Shown here: piece by piece, positions 26,369 to 39,814 of the stretch
Layout: each line of letters starts with the position of its first letter
Position numbering within the stretch: position 1 is the stretch's first letter
Origin: Eledone cirrhosa
Lineage: Eukaryota
DNA length: 64,000 bases
Assembly (NCBI GenBank): GCA_964016885.1
Contig: OZ024760.1
Location: 8,370,001 to 8,434,000, forward strand
Reading direction: 5' to 3'
Made by a program: the position numbers and the translations under genes
The notes under the pieces: model-generated
Database searches by the model: none
What the model saw: the letters and a program-made list of their open reading frames with translations, nothing else
What the model was told of the DNA's origin: nothing

Positions 26369-26664
26369 GTCTTATTTTTCTGTGTGTATATATATAATAC
26401 ACACACATGTGTAATACTTCTACTAATATATGTAAACTTTACTAGGGTAAATAAATGTTAAAAATTGTATTTATCAGGGCTAAAGTTAGTAGTTAATAAT
26501 GGTTATTTGGTAGAAGGAAGAATAACGACAAATTATTTCCATTGGGATCCCTAAATAGAAGAAGGAAAAATAGAGAAAGCTAAGCTATATAGAGTGAGCT
26601 TAAGGAGTTGGAGTAGGGAGTATAAAAGAGTGTGTGTATGTACTGGACAAATTGCCTTGTTTAA

Positions 26665-26838
26665 GTTACCAGCAGCCATCAACATCACCGCCATTTTTGT
26701 TCATCTCCGCCATTACACTATTTCTGTTTGTTGGGTAGCTCGGTTTGGCTTACTTAGATTTTTGGTAGACAGTGTATATAACACACACGCGCGCGCACAT
26801 ATTTCATACATACAGAGCAATCGAAAGACTCGGTGAGT
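26665..26838 (+). promoter_or_regulatory. Candidate promoter or non-coding first exon
   Basis: YY1-like CCGCCATTTT and CCGCCATT in apparently unique sequence, a CGCGCGC element, and a consensus donor CG|GTGAGT at 26832/26833. Confidence 0.35.
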
Positions 26839-27579
26839 GAGTGAAGATGCAAGTAATCCATATTAGCATGCCAACATTTTAGGTAACAAAGGCTGTAATT
26901 CACTTTTAAAACAAGTTTATGTATAATATGAAATCCTGGACTGCACAGATATATAATAAATAAATAATATATGATAGTAATTTTATTATTACATTAGCTA
27001 TTGTGACCCCCACCCCCTCCATTACACACACACACACACACACAACGGTTGGAAAGGAATGAAGAGTTATCAAATAGGGCACAGTACACTGTGCTTGGTC
27101 TGATATTTATTTTATCAACCCCAGCGTGATTTTTAACTAAGAACGTATAGGGATTGAAAAGACTTTCCAAAATATTTCGTTTTAGTTCGGCATTAGGCTA
27201 CAAGCTACAAATTCGTAGGGAATGGGAGGGATTATAATCGATAAAATCCAAACTCCCCATCCCTAAATATTACATCCTCACGCCATTTCATCTCAAGAAC
27301 GTAAAGGGGTATTGTAATAAAACACCGCAATTGCATTGTGGAATAGTCAATTAAAACAAACACAAAAACTGTTATATTCACTCATTTATTTTGTGGTGCC
27401 TAAATTTTCGCCGCACTCTCTGCGACCTGGTTGCTGAAAGATGAATATATAAACCGTTTTTTTTTGTTTTTTGTTTGTTTTTGTGTGTTTTATAAATAAA
27501 TAGCTAAAATAATTCTTCCACGATGAGATTGAAATGACAAAAATGAAATTTACAGCTCACAAGTGGATGTTGTTACAGC

Positions 27580-27785
27580 TTAACCTTTTAGCATTTCAAC
27601 TGGCTAGAATTCTCTCACCTCTTTCTGTTCAAACCGGCCGTAACTTGCTTCTCATACTGATGTTAAGGTATTGTTCTCAAAATTAATAATATAAAAATCT
27701 CATAGATTCGATATTATGTGAGATAAAGTTTTTACCGCGAAAATACAATAGAATATAGCGAGTGATATAAATGTCAACGGGTTAA
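27580..27785 (+). mobile_element. piggyBac-type MITE, uninterrupted ~200-bp copy
   Basis: TTAA-ccttttagcattt ... aaatgtcaacggg-TTAA. Confidence 0.8.
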
Positions 27786-28171
27786 ACCTATGAAGGTTTA
27801 GCAGGCTTCCTACGAGAATTCATTTTATAGGTTTCTCGGGTATTTTAATGATAGGCACTCCAACTATCCATGACCTCTTGATTATGAGTACAACAGTCCA
27901 ACCATTAGGCCACACATCTTCACCATAATGTAACTGCTTCAGTTTGCTCTCCATTTAACACTTAAACATTTACATTACTCTATGTTTACTACTGTATTTT
28001 CACGGTAAATGCTTTATCTCCCATAATATCGAATCTAAAGATGATGCTTCTTAAGGTCTCCAAAACTGGTAGGTCCCAGGGAGAAAGGTACCGTCAGAAC
28101 AAAAATCTGATCCAGTTGCTTGATACAGAGTGGACTGCTGAAAGCTCCTGAGGATTTGGTGGTGATGTTAA

Positions 28172-28762
28172 ACCAAGTGACAGATTAAGTCTACCACCTA
28201 AGGGTCAGATGACAGATCAAGTCTACCACTCAAGGGTCAGACGACAGATCAAGCCTACCACCCAAGGGTTAGGTGACAGGTTAAGCCTACCACTCGAGGG
28301 TCAGGTGACAGACAGATCAAGCCTACCTCCCAAGGACCATGTGATGAAGTAAGTCTCCCACCTAAGGGTCAGGTGACAGATCAAGTCTTCCACCCAAGGG
28401 CCATGTGATGAAGTAAGTCTACCACCCAAGGGTCTGGTGACAGATCAAGTCTACTACCCAAGGACCATGTGATGAAGTAAGTCTGTCACCCAAGGGTCTG
28501 GTGACAGATCAAGTCTTCCACCCAAGGGCCATGTGATGAAGTAAGTCTGTCACCCAAGAGTCTGGTGACAGATCAAGTCTACTACCCAAGGGCCATGTGA
28601 TGAAGTAAGTCTGTCACCCAAGAGTCTGGTGACAGATCAAGTCTACTACTCAAGGGCCATGTGATGAAGTAAGTCTACCACCCAAGGGTCTGGTGACAGA
28701 TCAAGTCTACTACCCAAGGACCATGTGATGAAGTAAGTCTGTCACCCAAGAGTCTGGTGATA
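28172..28762. repeat. 32-bp minisatellite grading into a 64-bp A/B dimer
   Basis: acccaagggtctggtgacagatcaagtctact alternates with acccaaggaccatgtgatgaagtaagtctgtc. Confidence 0.9.
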
Positions 28763-29176
28763 GATAGTCTAGACTTAAAACCAATATGAATGAAAAAGAC
28801 CAACACAATTTGAGTGGAATCTCTTGTTATTTAACCTTTTATATTCTCTCTAACCTTGACCATCGCTGACGAACTGGCAGAGTCGTTACAGCATTCCGAT
28901 ATTATGTGGTGTGAGTTCAAATCCCACTGTGGTTAATTTTGTTTGTAAGAAGAGACGAGAAATTCAATAGGCTTCATATTGCAATAAAAAATATGTCACT
29001 CTATGGCAACAACAAACGTTTGAAGGTGATCATCCTTGCTAAGGGTTAGCCTTACAGGACACGTGACAAACTTCTACACATTTCCCTTTCGCCTAAATCC
29101 CCACCCCCGTCACAAAACCCCTGGCTTTCATTTCCTCCTATATTTTTAGCCTTGTTTTTTTCCTCTTCCTCTACTT

Positions 29177-29466
29177 CAGAGGTTCTCAAAGTGGGCTCTA
29201 CTGTCGGGGGGGGGGGGGCAGTGGAGATGATATAATAGTATATTGAATATCAAATGAAACATATATAAATATAGTAAAATAAAAAATATATAATATATAT
29301 ACATAGTATATATCATTATTTATTATATAACAATGAACGATTTTATTTATCATACATTAGTTACAATTTGCGAGTAGGTACGTCTCTCTGGAAATAGGGT
29401 TGGGAGCGCTGAAGGTATTACGTGGTCGTGAGGTGGGCAGGGACCCAAAACGTTTGAGAGTCTCTG
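29177..29466 (+). mobile_element. hAT-type MITE
   Basis: TIR CAGAGGTTCTCAAA / tttgagagtctctg; perfect 8-bp TSD ctctactt. Confidence 0.9.
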
Positions 29467-30069
29467 CTCTACTTCCTTCTACATACATTTCACCCAGTCA
29501 CTTTCATCCTTCCTCAACACTTGACCCAACCATCTCCTTCACAACATTCATTACTAGCTCTATTCCCCTCACCCAGTCACTTTCATCCTTCCTCAACACT
29601 TGACCCAACCATCTCCTTCACAACATTCATTACTAGCTCTATTCCCCTCACCCAACCATTTCATTCAATTTCTCTTCCCATCATACATCACTGACTATTT
29701 CTGTCACTCACTTACTATCATCCTTCCTCAATACTTAACCAAACCATCACATTCCATTTCTCATAATATTTATCACAGGTTCTAAGCATCCTGTGTTTAT
29801 CCATTTTAGAATAGATAACCATATTGTTGTGTCATAGAAGGTGACTTAAAGAGTTGGCACCAGGAAAGGAATCCAACCACAAAACAATGCCTCAAAAGAC
29901 CTCATGACAACTACAACATATTATTATCAGGCAGAAGCAGCCTATTTTTGCTGCTGTTATTGTTTAAAACTGTCATGGTTATGATGAAATAACATTTAAG
30001 AAGTGCTCGCCCAGCTTATCACCACCACCTGGCCTTTGGTTGCCTTTAACACTTTCGTTACCATATTTC

Positions 30070-30895
30070 TAATGAAAGATGCTACCTTCTTTTCTTTGTC
30101 CACTTATTCCTGAGAGGGTCGTGTGGGCAGTCCTCAAACACTCCCTCCCGAGGATCCTGTCAGAAGCAACCATCTCCAACTTTTCCAGCTGGATTCCCAA
30201 GCGTGACCAGTCAAGCTCATGGATGTTATCCAACCATCTTGCTCTGGGTCTACCCCTGGGTTTCCTACCTGTTGGTTTCGCCCATAAAATCTGTCCAGCG
30301 ATTCTTTCCTCAGACATTCTAAACACATGGCTATAGTATTGGAGCTGTGATCTCTCAATTCGGAGAAGTAGTGGCTCTACCTGGAGTGACTCTCTGATAT
30401 CCGAGCTACAAATCTGTCCAGCGATTCTTTTCTCAGACATTCTAAACACATGGCTATAGTATTGGAGCTGTGATCTCTCAATTCGGAGAAGTAGTGGCTC
30501 TACCTGGAGTGACTCTCTGATATCCGAGCTACAAATCTGTCCAGCGATTCTTTTCTCAGACATTCTAAACACATGGCTATAGTATTGGAGCTGTGATCTC
30601 TCAATTCGGAGAAGTAGTGGCTCTACCTGGAGTGACTCTCTGATATCCGAGCTACAAATCTGTCCAGCGATTCTTTCCTCAGACATTCTAAACACATGGC
30701 TATAGTATTGGAGCTGTGATCTCTCAATTCGGAGAAGTAGTGGCTCTACCTGGAGTGACTCTCTGATATCCGAGCTACAAATCTGTCCAGCGATTCTTTC
30801 CTCAGACATTCTAAACACATGGCTATAGTATCAGAGCTGTGATCTCTCAATTCGGAGAAGTAGCAGCTCTACCTGGAGTGACTCTCTGATCTCCG
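30070..30895 (-). mobile_element. RTE LINE 3' end with a 123-bp segment in ~5 tandem copies
   Basis: Same family as 13690-14105; in-frame 41-aa repeat DIRESLQVEPLLLRIERSQLQYYSHVFRMSEERIAGQICSS. Confidence 0.9.
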
Positions 30896-30929
30896 AAAAA
30901 AAAAAAGATGCTACCTATAATTTTGAAAA

Positions 30930-31465
30930 TACGGAGGAATCAGAGAACAATACCAAACAGCTAGGTGCCAGACAAGTAGACTCCACAAGAAGGGAATCAG
31001 GAAGTAACAAGTTCACACATGTTTTACGCCATGAGGACCAAAGGTGTGAGTGAGCTGTATCAGGGAAATCAAGATGTTGGGGAGGAAATGGGTCGAAAAT
31101 AACAGTGGCATGCTTGCCCTCATTGACGAAGCATGGAAGAGCCATTATAAGAGACTGTTGAATGTAGAGAACGTTTGAGACATCTGGTGGTGTTGGACCG
31201 CTGACAGCAAAGTTCTCGTCATCGCTGGCGGCTCACCTTACTAAGGTGTCAGTGATGCCCGTGAGGGTGCCTTGTTATTTCAGCGCTTTAGCCTCGCCAT
31301 CACCCATGGCAATGCTGCAAGCGCGTTGGCTTGCCTGAAAGTGTGTAGTTAACCCCTAAGGTGTGAGGTGCGGCCGATTGTCACACTTGGTGGTGAATTG
31401 CTCCGCCTCTGCCCCCTATTTTTTCTTTCCTCTCTTTATCATTTTTTGTTCAATAAATTATATTA
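30930..31465 (+). mobile_element. CRE-like LINE (restriction-like endonuclease), 3' fragment
   Basis: FETSGGVG ... REGALLFQRFSLAITHGNAASALA (frameshifted), then a 3' UTR with AATAAA. Confidence 0.65.
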
Positions 31466-31554
31466 TTATATTTTTTTTACACATTGTATTTATCATATAT
31501 GTAGAGAATGCAAAGGAAAAAGATTGATTTCTCCATGTAAAGCAAATTGAGAGA

Positions 31555-31785
31555 CCAGTGATCCAAGTTAGCAGCAATTAAGACTATAAAGATGGATAAA
31601 GAAGCTGGACTATCAGAGATAGTTGCTGAGATAGTTGCTGAGATGGTGGACCACACATTAACCACGTGTATTGTAGACCAAGTAATATATGATATCAACT
31701 GCTACAAGGGCAAGGAAAATGCACTAGACAGGAAAAACTATAGAGACATCGAACTGTTACAAAGTATTAGAGATATTTATGAGTA
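31555..31785 (+). mobile_element. RTE LINE internal fragment
   Basis: AGLSEIVAEM..CYKGKENALDRKNYRDIELL (pre-RT 'KG...NYR.I.LL' motif). Confidence 0.7.
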
Positions 31786-32216
31786 AAATTATTCAATTTT
31801 ATATAATTATTAATGAAACTCTAGGAATTGCATGTAGTTCTAGATTAAAAGACAAACAAAATGAGAAAACTAAGTCTTGTAAGCGACCTCGTTAGCAGGA
31901 AAGAGAGAGAAAAATAAACGAACCAGCTCTACTTGTGAAAATGTAAACAAATCACAAATTATCTGACTATATTCAAAATCAGAAAGAAAAAAAAAACATC
32001 ACATCGGACTTTAATAGTCTACAAAATAATATTTATTACACAATATAATTTTTATTGGCGAAATTTATCAAAGAAAAACGAAAATTCTGACTTCACTCTC
32101 CACATGTTATTAAAACAGCGAGAATACGACGATTCTATTCTAATTTGGGGTTATAGTAGAATTATGTAGCTCAATTTAGTGCATTTTTCGTAGAAATATG
32201 TTTATTTAATTATTTG

Positions 32217-32770
32217 GTGTAGGAGTCACGACAAAAGCCACCCACCCCACACTGTAAAGTGGTCATGTAAGAGTCACAACAAAAAGCACCCACCCCATAC
32301 TGTAAAGTGGTCGTGTAGGAGTCACAACAAAAGCCACCCACCCCACACTGTAAAGTGGTCATGTAAGAGTCACAACAAAAAGCACCCATCCCACACTGTA
32401 AAGTGGTCATGTAGGAGTCACAACAAAAACACCCAGCCCACACTGTAAAGTGGTCATGTAGGAGTCACGACAAAAACACCCAGCCCACACTGTAAAGTGG
32501 TCGTGTAGGAGTCACGACAAAAACACCCAGCCCACACTGTAAAGTGGTCGTGTAGGAGTCACGACAAAAACACCCGGTCCACACTGTAAAGTGGCCGTGT
32601 AGGAGTCACGACAAAAACACCCAGCACACACTATAAATGTGGTTGGCGTTATGAAGGGCATCCAGCTGTAGAAATCTAACCAGAAACAGTTCTGTATGAG
32701 CAGGACGCAATCACTGCCTCAAATGGGACAGCCCGTCTAACCCATGCTAGCGTTGAAGGTGGACGTTAAT
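32217..32770 (+). repeat. SINE with its ~47-bp internal unit amplified ~9 times
   Basis: Unit gagtcacgacaaaaacacccagcccacactgtaaagtggtcgtgtag, followed by the SINE tail. Confidence 0.9.
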
Positions 32771-32779
32771 CGGCGATTT

Positions 32780-33510
32780 GATTTGGGACTCACATTGACA
32801 CATTGGATGTGGGATAGTTTGATTGAGGGGCTTGTTGACTTGGGACTCATATTAACACAGAGGCGTGGGGTACTTTGAGGACTTTGTTGGTTTGGGACTC
32901 ACACTGACACACTGGATGTGGGGTACATTGATTGAGGGGCTTGCCGACTTGAGACTCACACAGACACACTGATGTGGGGTACATTGACTGAGGGGCTTGT
33001 CGACTTGAGACTCACACTGACACACTGGATGTGGGGTACATTGACTGAGGGGCTTGCCGACTTGAGACTCACACTGACACACTGGATGTGGGGTACATTG
33101 ACTGAGGGGCTTGTCGACTTGAGACTCACACAGACACACTGATGTGGGGTACATTGACTGAGGGGCTTGTCGACTTGGGACTCACACAGACACACTGATG
33201 TGGGGTACATTGACTGAGGGGCTTGTCGACTTGGGACTCACACTGACACACTGGTGTGGGGTACATTGACTGAGGGGCTTGTCAACTTGGGACTCACATT
33301 GACACACTGGTGTGGGGTACATTGACTGAGGGGCTTGCCGACTTGAGACTCACACAGACACACTGATGTGGGGTACATTGACTGAGGGGCTTGTCGACTT
33401 GGGACTCACACTGACACACTGATGTGGGAGTATTTTGAGTGAGGGGCTTGTCGACTTGGGTCTCACATTGAGACACTGATTGTGGGAGTATTTTGAGTGA
33501 GGGGCTTGTT
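32780..33510. repeat. 56-57-bp minisatellite, ~13 units
   Basis: Unit gggtacattgactgaggggcttgtcgacttgagactcacacagacacactgatgtg; edge units are degenerate. Confidence 0.9.
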
Positions 33511-34615
33511 AATCTGATGGTAGAGAGGAAGTTTAATGTTGTTGGAGACAACCAGACTAATTATATGCAGATCTACAATAGGTGACGCAGTGACATCAAA
33601 ACTGACCTGAGTGATATGGTGACCTTGGTGACACAGTGACATCAACTGTGACCTGGGTGACACAGTGACATCAACCATGACATCAACTGTAACCTGGGTG
33701 ACAAGGTGTCAGCAATCAAAGGCATTAATGAAAGGATGATACATATATGAAAAATGAAGATGTTGACATCAAAGTTTGTATTCCACAATAAAGGTCTAGA
33801 TGTCACAAAAGAAGTTGTTGGTTATGGTTAGGGTGTTGTGGTTATGGTACATTGGTGACACTAAATAAAAACAAATGCTACCCTTCTGGACTCCAGATGT
33901 CAAAGTAACACCATGAAACTCAAGAAGAACCAGTTGAAGAGGTGGACATGGAACATAAAAGATAATTATTTTCATGCCAGAAACCATACTTATGATGTAA
34001 TCAAAGATGGCTTAAGTAAAAGCCTGGGAGACTAAGCTAGGGAGCTTCAGAGAGATTTCCATGGCACAAACAAACATATATATATAAATGAGTCTCAAAC
34101 ACTCTTTACTACTGAAGCAATGACAAAAGAAGTTCTCAGCGCATCTGAGTCCAGAAGTGCACCATTTGCAAAGTGACGAAAGAGCTTTGACGTTTAAAGA
34201 AGAAGAGTTCCACAACAAAGAGAGATAAGGGGCGAGTGTGTACGCTCTATTGTATAAGCATGTAAGAAATACAATGGATGAAATGGAACATGCACAGCCC
34301 GAGTTGTATTCCTCTAATATACCCTATGTCAAAGTAAGTAGAGGAAGAAGAAACAGGAAACCACTAAAATTAATCAAAGAGTGTGATGGAATGACACTCA
34401 TCTACCAATGACAGACCAAATACTTCTCTACACTGACAGACGTATCAACAGATGATGTAGAGCAGAGGTTCTCAAAGTGGGTGCTACACCCCCACCTCCA
34501 GGGGGGGGGGGGGTAGAGATGATATAATAGTATATTAAATATCAAATGATACATATTATATATAAATATAGTAAAATAAAAAAACATATAATATTTATTT
34601 ATACATAGTATATAC

Positions 34616-34945
34616 CAGGTTCACAATCTTTTATCCGAAATTCCAAAAACCGAACATTTTCTTCCGGGATGTCGTCTGCATACCAAAGCACGCGTTTGGC
34701 ACCAAACTTGACCCGAAACGACCCACAGTCATCCCAGGTCACACAGTTGTGTCTCAGTGTTCCTACCAGTCAGACGTATGTCACCTCTGCTGCTCACGGG
34801 AATTGCTGAACACCCTACTAGTGAGCCACCCTGTCCCTGTAATGTTTTATCTAAAAAGCTTTAAAAATCTACGCTAAAAATCTTCCATTTCGAAATCCAA
34901 AAAGTATCTGATCCCAAGGTTTTCAGATAAGAGATAGTGAATCTG
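34616..34945. mobile_element. pogo/Tigger-like MITE nested in the hAT MITE
   Basis: Imperfect TIRs CAGgtTTCACaATCTtTTATCcGAAA and CAGATTCACTATCTCTTATCTGAAA in TA context. Confidence 0.7.
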
Positions 34946-34966
34946 TATTATATTATTTATTATATA

Positions 34967-35165
34967 TGAGGGTGGTGGGTTGGCTGTATCGGTAGAGGGT
35001 CGGACGCCATGCTTTGGCGCAAAGAGTTACGGCTCTTTATGATCTGAGTTCAAATCCCGCCGAGGTTAACTTTGCCTTTCATCTTTACAGGGTCGATAAA
35101 ATAAAGTACCAGTAATACACTGGAATAATTGCTGGCCTTGTGCCAAAAGTATAAACAATTATTAT
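34967..35165 (+). mobile_element. SINE family B, full-length copy nested in the hAT MITE
   Basis: A-box tggctgtatcgg, B-box gagttcaaatccc, Nin-like domain, aaacaattatt end. Confidence 0.85.
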
Positions 35166-35538
35166 GATTGTTGGCAACAAAGACATGTCTTTAGACACAC
35201 AATGTCACAACAAGGATAAATTAACGATTTTATTTATTATATACTATTTACAATTTGCATGTAGGCAGGTCTTTCTGGAAATAGGGGTGGAGGGCACTTG
35301 GGGTATTATGTGGTCGGAAGGAGGACAGTGGCTCCAAAGGTTTGAGAACCTCTGATGTAGAGCAAACAAAATAGTGGTGTCCAGTAGCAACCATTTGATA
35401 ATGATGAGGCAGTGAGAGAGACATTATTTTAGTAGTGGTGAAGGGGACAGTGAAGGAGATGATAAATAACACGTCTACAGGAATTCATGAAGTCCCAGTT
35501 GCGATATAATATCCTTCATTGGATGTTGTATGTACATC

Positions 35539-35755
35539 TTAAATCCTTTATCATTTACATTACTCTATAGATACTATTGTATTTTCATGGTAAATGCTTT
35601 ACCTCACATAATATTGAATTTATGAGATTTTGATACCATTTATTTTGAGAACAATACCTTAATGTTGGTATGAGCGGTCAGTTACAACCAGTTTAAACAG
35701 AAAGAGGTGGGAGAATTCTGGCTGGATATATCTGGTTTAAATGCTAAAGGGTTAA
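35539..35755 (-). mobile_element. piggyBac-type MITE
   Basis: TTAA at both ends; inverted termini cctttatcatttac and taaatgctaaaggg. Confidence 0.8.
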
Positions 35756-35987
35756 CACTGTCAGGACCAAACACTGTCAGGACCAAGATAGTAAGAGCAG
35801 AGGACTGTGGGCTAAGGCCATTATCTGCCTGATATACAAGAAGTAAACCAGACTGAGTGTACAAACTGTAGAGAAATTTCATTACTGCAATACATTGCTA
35901 AAATCCATGAGAGGATCCTGAAATATCTCAGATTTGTTGTGGAAGAGAAACTTGATGGATATGTCAATATTTATAAAACAAACTTTG

Positions 35988-36034
35988 TATTTTATCTGAT
36001 GAGAGCGTACCCTTAAAATATATATAATAGAATA
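35988..36034 (+). ncRNA. Hammerhead motif with a mutated GAAA box, in a Penelope-like fragment (35958-36160)
   Basis: TATTTTAT CTGATGA GAG-cgtacc-CTT AAAA TATATA TA ATAGAATA; homologous to 56279-56344. Confidence 0.55.
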
Positions 36035-36181
36035 AATATGGTTTTATAAATATAGTTTCCATTTATTAATATCATTGATATTATACTCCAGAAAACTTGT
36101 CGAGTGCTTCGAATCAGTTATAAATATATATATTTGTTGAATTACCAACAAATTAAATATCCCTTTTGCTTATGTGTGTGT

Positions 36182-36237
<56 letters not shown>

Positions 36238-36574
36238 GTGCGTGTGTGTGTGTGTGTGTGTTGTTAGAACAGAATGTAGTGTAGATATCAATATCTCATC
36301 GAAGCAAAGTGAAATGTCTTTGTGATAACATATCCAGTATTCAAAGAACTAAGGCACTAAACTTTTCATCACACACACACACACATATTTGATCCTTGAG
36401 TATAAAATGTCCGATTTCCTTGTGCACTTTCAATTTTGAAATCGGACATTTCATACTTAATGACCTGATATATCTTGATCCTTCAGTATTTCTTTCTCTA
36501 CACATACACAAAATAAATAAATAAATAAATAAATTGTGTGTGTGAGGACTTTAAAACTCCCCCATATAAGCCAC

Positions 36575-36806
36575 TACACACACGAGGAACATACACACAC
36601 ACACATGAGGAAGATACACACACACACAAGGAAAATATACACACAAAAACACAAGGAGGATACACACATACACAAACACGAAGATACACACAAGGAAGAT
36701 AAATACACAAACACAAACACGAACATATACACACAAGGAAGATAAATACACAAACACGAATATATACACACACAAACACGAACATATACACACACAAAGA
36801 AGATAA

Positions 36807-36838
<32 letters not shown>

Positions 36839-37610
36839 GAACATATACACACATACACAAAGATAAATACACACACACACAAACACGAACATATACACAC
36901 AAAGATAAATACACACAAACACGAACATATACACACACACACACAAAGAAGATAAATACACACACAAACACGAACATAAACACACACACACAAACAAACA
37001 CGAACATATACACACACACAAACACGAACATATACACACACACAAACACGAACATATACACACACACAAATACGAATATATACACACACAAAGAAGATAA
37101 ATACACACACAAACACGAACATATACACACACAAACACGAACATATACACACAAACACGAACATATACACACAAACACGAACATATACACACACAAACAC
37201 GAACATATACACACACACAAAGAAGATAAATACACACACAAACACGAACATATACACACACACAAACACGAACATATACACACACAAACACGAACATATA
37301 CACACACACAAAGAAGATAAATACACACACAAACACGAACATATACACACACACAAACACGAACATATACACACACACAAAGAAGATAAATACACACACA
37401 AACACGAACATATACACACACACACAAACACGAACATATACACACACACAAAGATATACACACACACACAAAGAAGATAAATACACACACAAACACGAAC
37501 ATATACACACACACAAAGAAGATAAATACACAAACATGAACATATATATATACACACATATACACGACTATATATATTCACACTTATACACACAAGGAAG
37601 ATACACTGTG
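36575..37610. repeat. Compound CA-based minisatellite (aaacacgaacatata and aaagaagataaata blocks)
   Basis: Seen directly. Confidence 0.9.
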
Positions 37611-38154
37611 TTCTCAACATTTTAAGTGCAAAAGCACCAACAGATTACAAGAGCTTTCTCTCTCTCTCTCTCATTCACTGCTGGTGGGTGTATATAGGTC
37701 ATTTTACATTTATAAATACATACACACATTGTATAAATCATGTAATGTGTGTAAGTTGTTGGATTGTTTTTACTCATTAGGGGTACCACATGTTGGAGCA
37801 CAGCTTTTCTATATGTGTGTATGTGTTTATTTATGTACGTATATATGTTTGCATATGTGTGTGTATATGTTTGTGTGTGTGTGTGTGTGTGTGTTTCTGT
37901 TTGTATGTGTGTGTGTGTATTTCTGTTTGTATGTATGTTATATATATATATATGTATGTGTGTTTATGTGAGTATGTTTGTATGTGTTTGTAAGTGTGTA
38001 CATGTTTGTAAGTGTGTATAAGTTTGTACGTGTATATATATGTATATAATATGTAAGAATGTGTGTGTGTGTGTGTGTGTGTGCATGCCCTAGCATGGCC
38101 TCAGCCGGATGGCTGTAACAGGTAAAAGAGTATATGTATGTATACATAGATATG

Positions 38155-38669
38155 TTTCTTTATTAGCCACAGGGGCACAAAAGAAGGGGACAAATACAAA
38201 GAGGGAAGTTTACATACAATAAAAACGTGTAAAATGTTATCACAAATGCAATTTAAAAGTTAGTCGATTTTCCCCAATAGGGGAGAGAGTTCATATGGGT
38301 AACACATACCCCCGAAAAAATGTGCAACCCTCATCTCCAGGAGTACGAAGAGTTTGTACTCCTTTCCTCTCCTCCTCCTTTTCCTCAACCTACAGGCTGA
38401 TATAGAGGGAAGGCCCATTCACTCGGGCCATTCTCGCCACTTTCACCCACCTTTCATAAAACTTGCTGGGGTACAGCACCTCTCTCTCCATCCTGATTCT
38501 TCTTCCAAAGTGGTATTTGAAAAAAAGAATCAGTTGTTGGCCGGAGAGAAAGGTGTCTGACCTCAGCCCTTTCAACGTTGTCCACCATACAACCTCTTTC
38601 GCCATAGCTATCACACAAAGGAAAACCGCCTCTCCTTCGTTTAAGTAGCATTCTGACTGCATCACGTTC
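38155..38669 (-). mobile_element. L1/Tx1-like LINE 3' end
   Basis: ORF end FLCVIAMAKEVVWWT..FFKYHF..RIRMER..FYERW, then a 3' UTR ending gtggctAATAAA. Confidence 0.6.
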
Positions 38670-38999
38670 CTATTTCTTTCTCCAAATGAATCTATCTATC
38701 CTTGTACATGTATCTGTCTATTTATCTGAACGTGATGCAGTCAGAATGCTACTTCGTATATTTCGAGAATGTTAATGCGGTTTAATGTGATATAGGACGT
38801 TATGGATTAAAACGCAAATTAACACCTGCCATGATGATGATTGTGGTGGTGGTGGTGGTAGTTTGCAATTTAGACACACAAGGATAGCAATTTTGAGGGG
38901 AGGGGAAGTTGAACAAAACAACTTCAGTACTTGCTCGGTACTTTATTTATACTATAAGGCAAAGTTGACCTCAGAATCTAAAGAAACGGGAATAGTTTC

Positions 39000-39195
39000 A
39001 GTAGAGTGTCGCACACCATGCTTTGCAGCATAGAATTACGGTCTGAGTTCAAATCTCGCTGAGGTTAACTTTGCCTTTCATCTTTACAGGGTCGATAAAA
39101 TAAAGCACCAGTAATACACTGGGGATCAATTTAATCGACTTTCCCCTTCCCTTCAAATTGTTGGGTCTTGTGCCTAAAGTAGAAACAATTATTTA
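39000..39195 (+). mobile_element. SINE family B copy (an older inverted copy lies at ~38860-38980)
   Basis: Nin-like domain and tail. Confidence 0.75.
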
Positions 39196-39814
39196 TTATT
39201 CAATGATTATATAACGATTCTATTTATGGTTTCTAATTTAGCCGAAACAAACAGCTCTAACAGCTCAACCAACACACCACCACCCTCAATATAATTGCTA
39301 CAGGACTATCAAATATAGGATAGTGGACACCAGGGCCAAACGTAGAAATGGGTTGGTTGACGATAATTTAGATAGAGTAATGAAAAGTATGTGAGATCTA
39401 CATTTACTATAAAATAACATTAATTGACAACTGTCAATCCTGGTTGACCAACACTTGGCGCGCCAGCCATGACAATCCAGTCTTTTGACAGTAGTAGTAG
39501 TAGTAGTACAAGAGTGTAAACTAATTTCCTCGCCCTAGTTCTTTCTGGTGTGTAATGTAGGTGTGTATATATACATTTCTTATGTATATGTATATATACA
39601 CACACACACACACACAATTGTTGACAAATCTTTATTACGTATAATTTAATTGGGGCAAGTCAAACTTTCCAGTTGGTGTCTTCCTGTTTCTTCTACAACA
39701 ACTACAACGGTACGCGATGGGGCCCACCCACGGCCCCGGCGGACAGAATGGAGTAGGCGTTTCCTGGGAGGACGGCAAGGGAGACGCGCTGGAAAGATTA
39801 AACCTTGTGCATAT

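Larger units (their letters stand above)
34463..35354 (+). mobile_element. hAT-type MITE (same family as 29177) with two nested insertions
   Basis: Perfect 14-bp TIR CAGAGGTTCTCAAA; 8-bp TSD atgtagag. Confidence 0.9.

Noticed and set aside
34170-34195. gtgacgaaagagctttgac, matching the 3' half of the 15390 hammerhead
   Set aside because: No CTGAnGA box or stem partner upstream; a fragment or a chance match.
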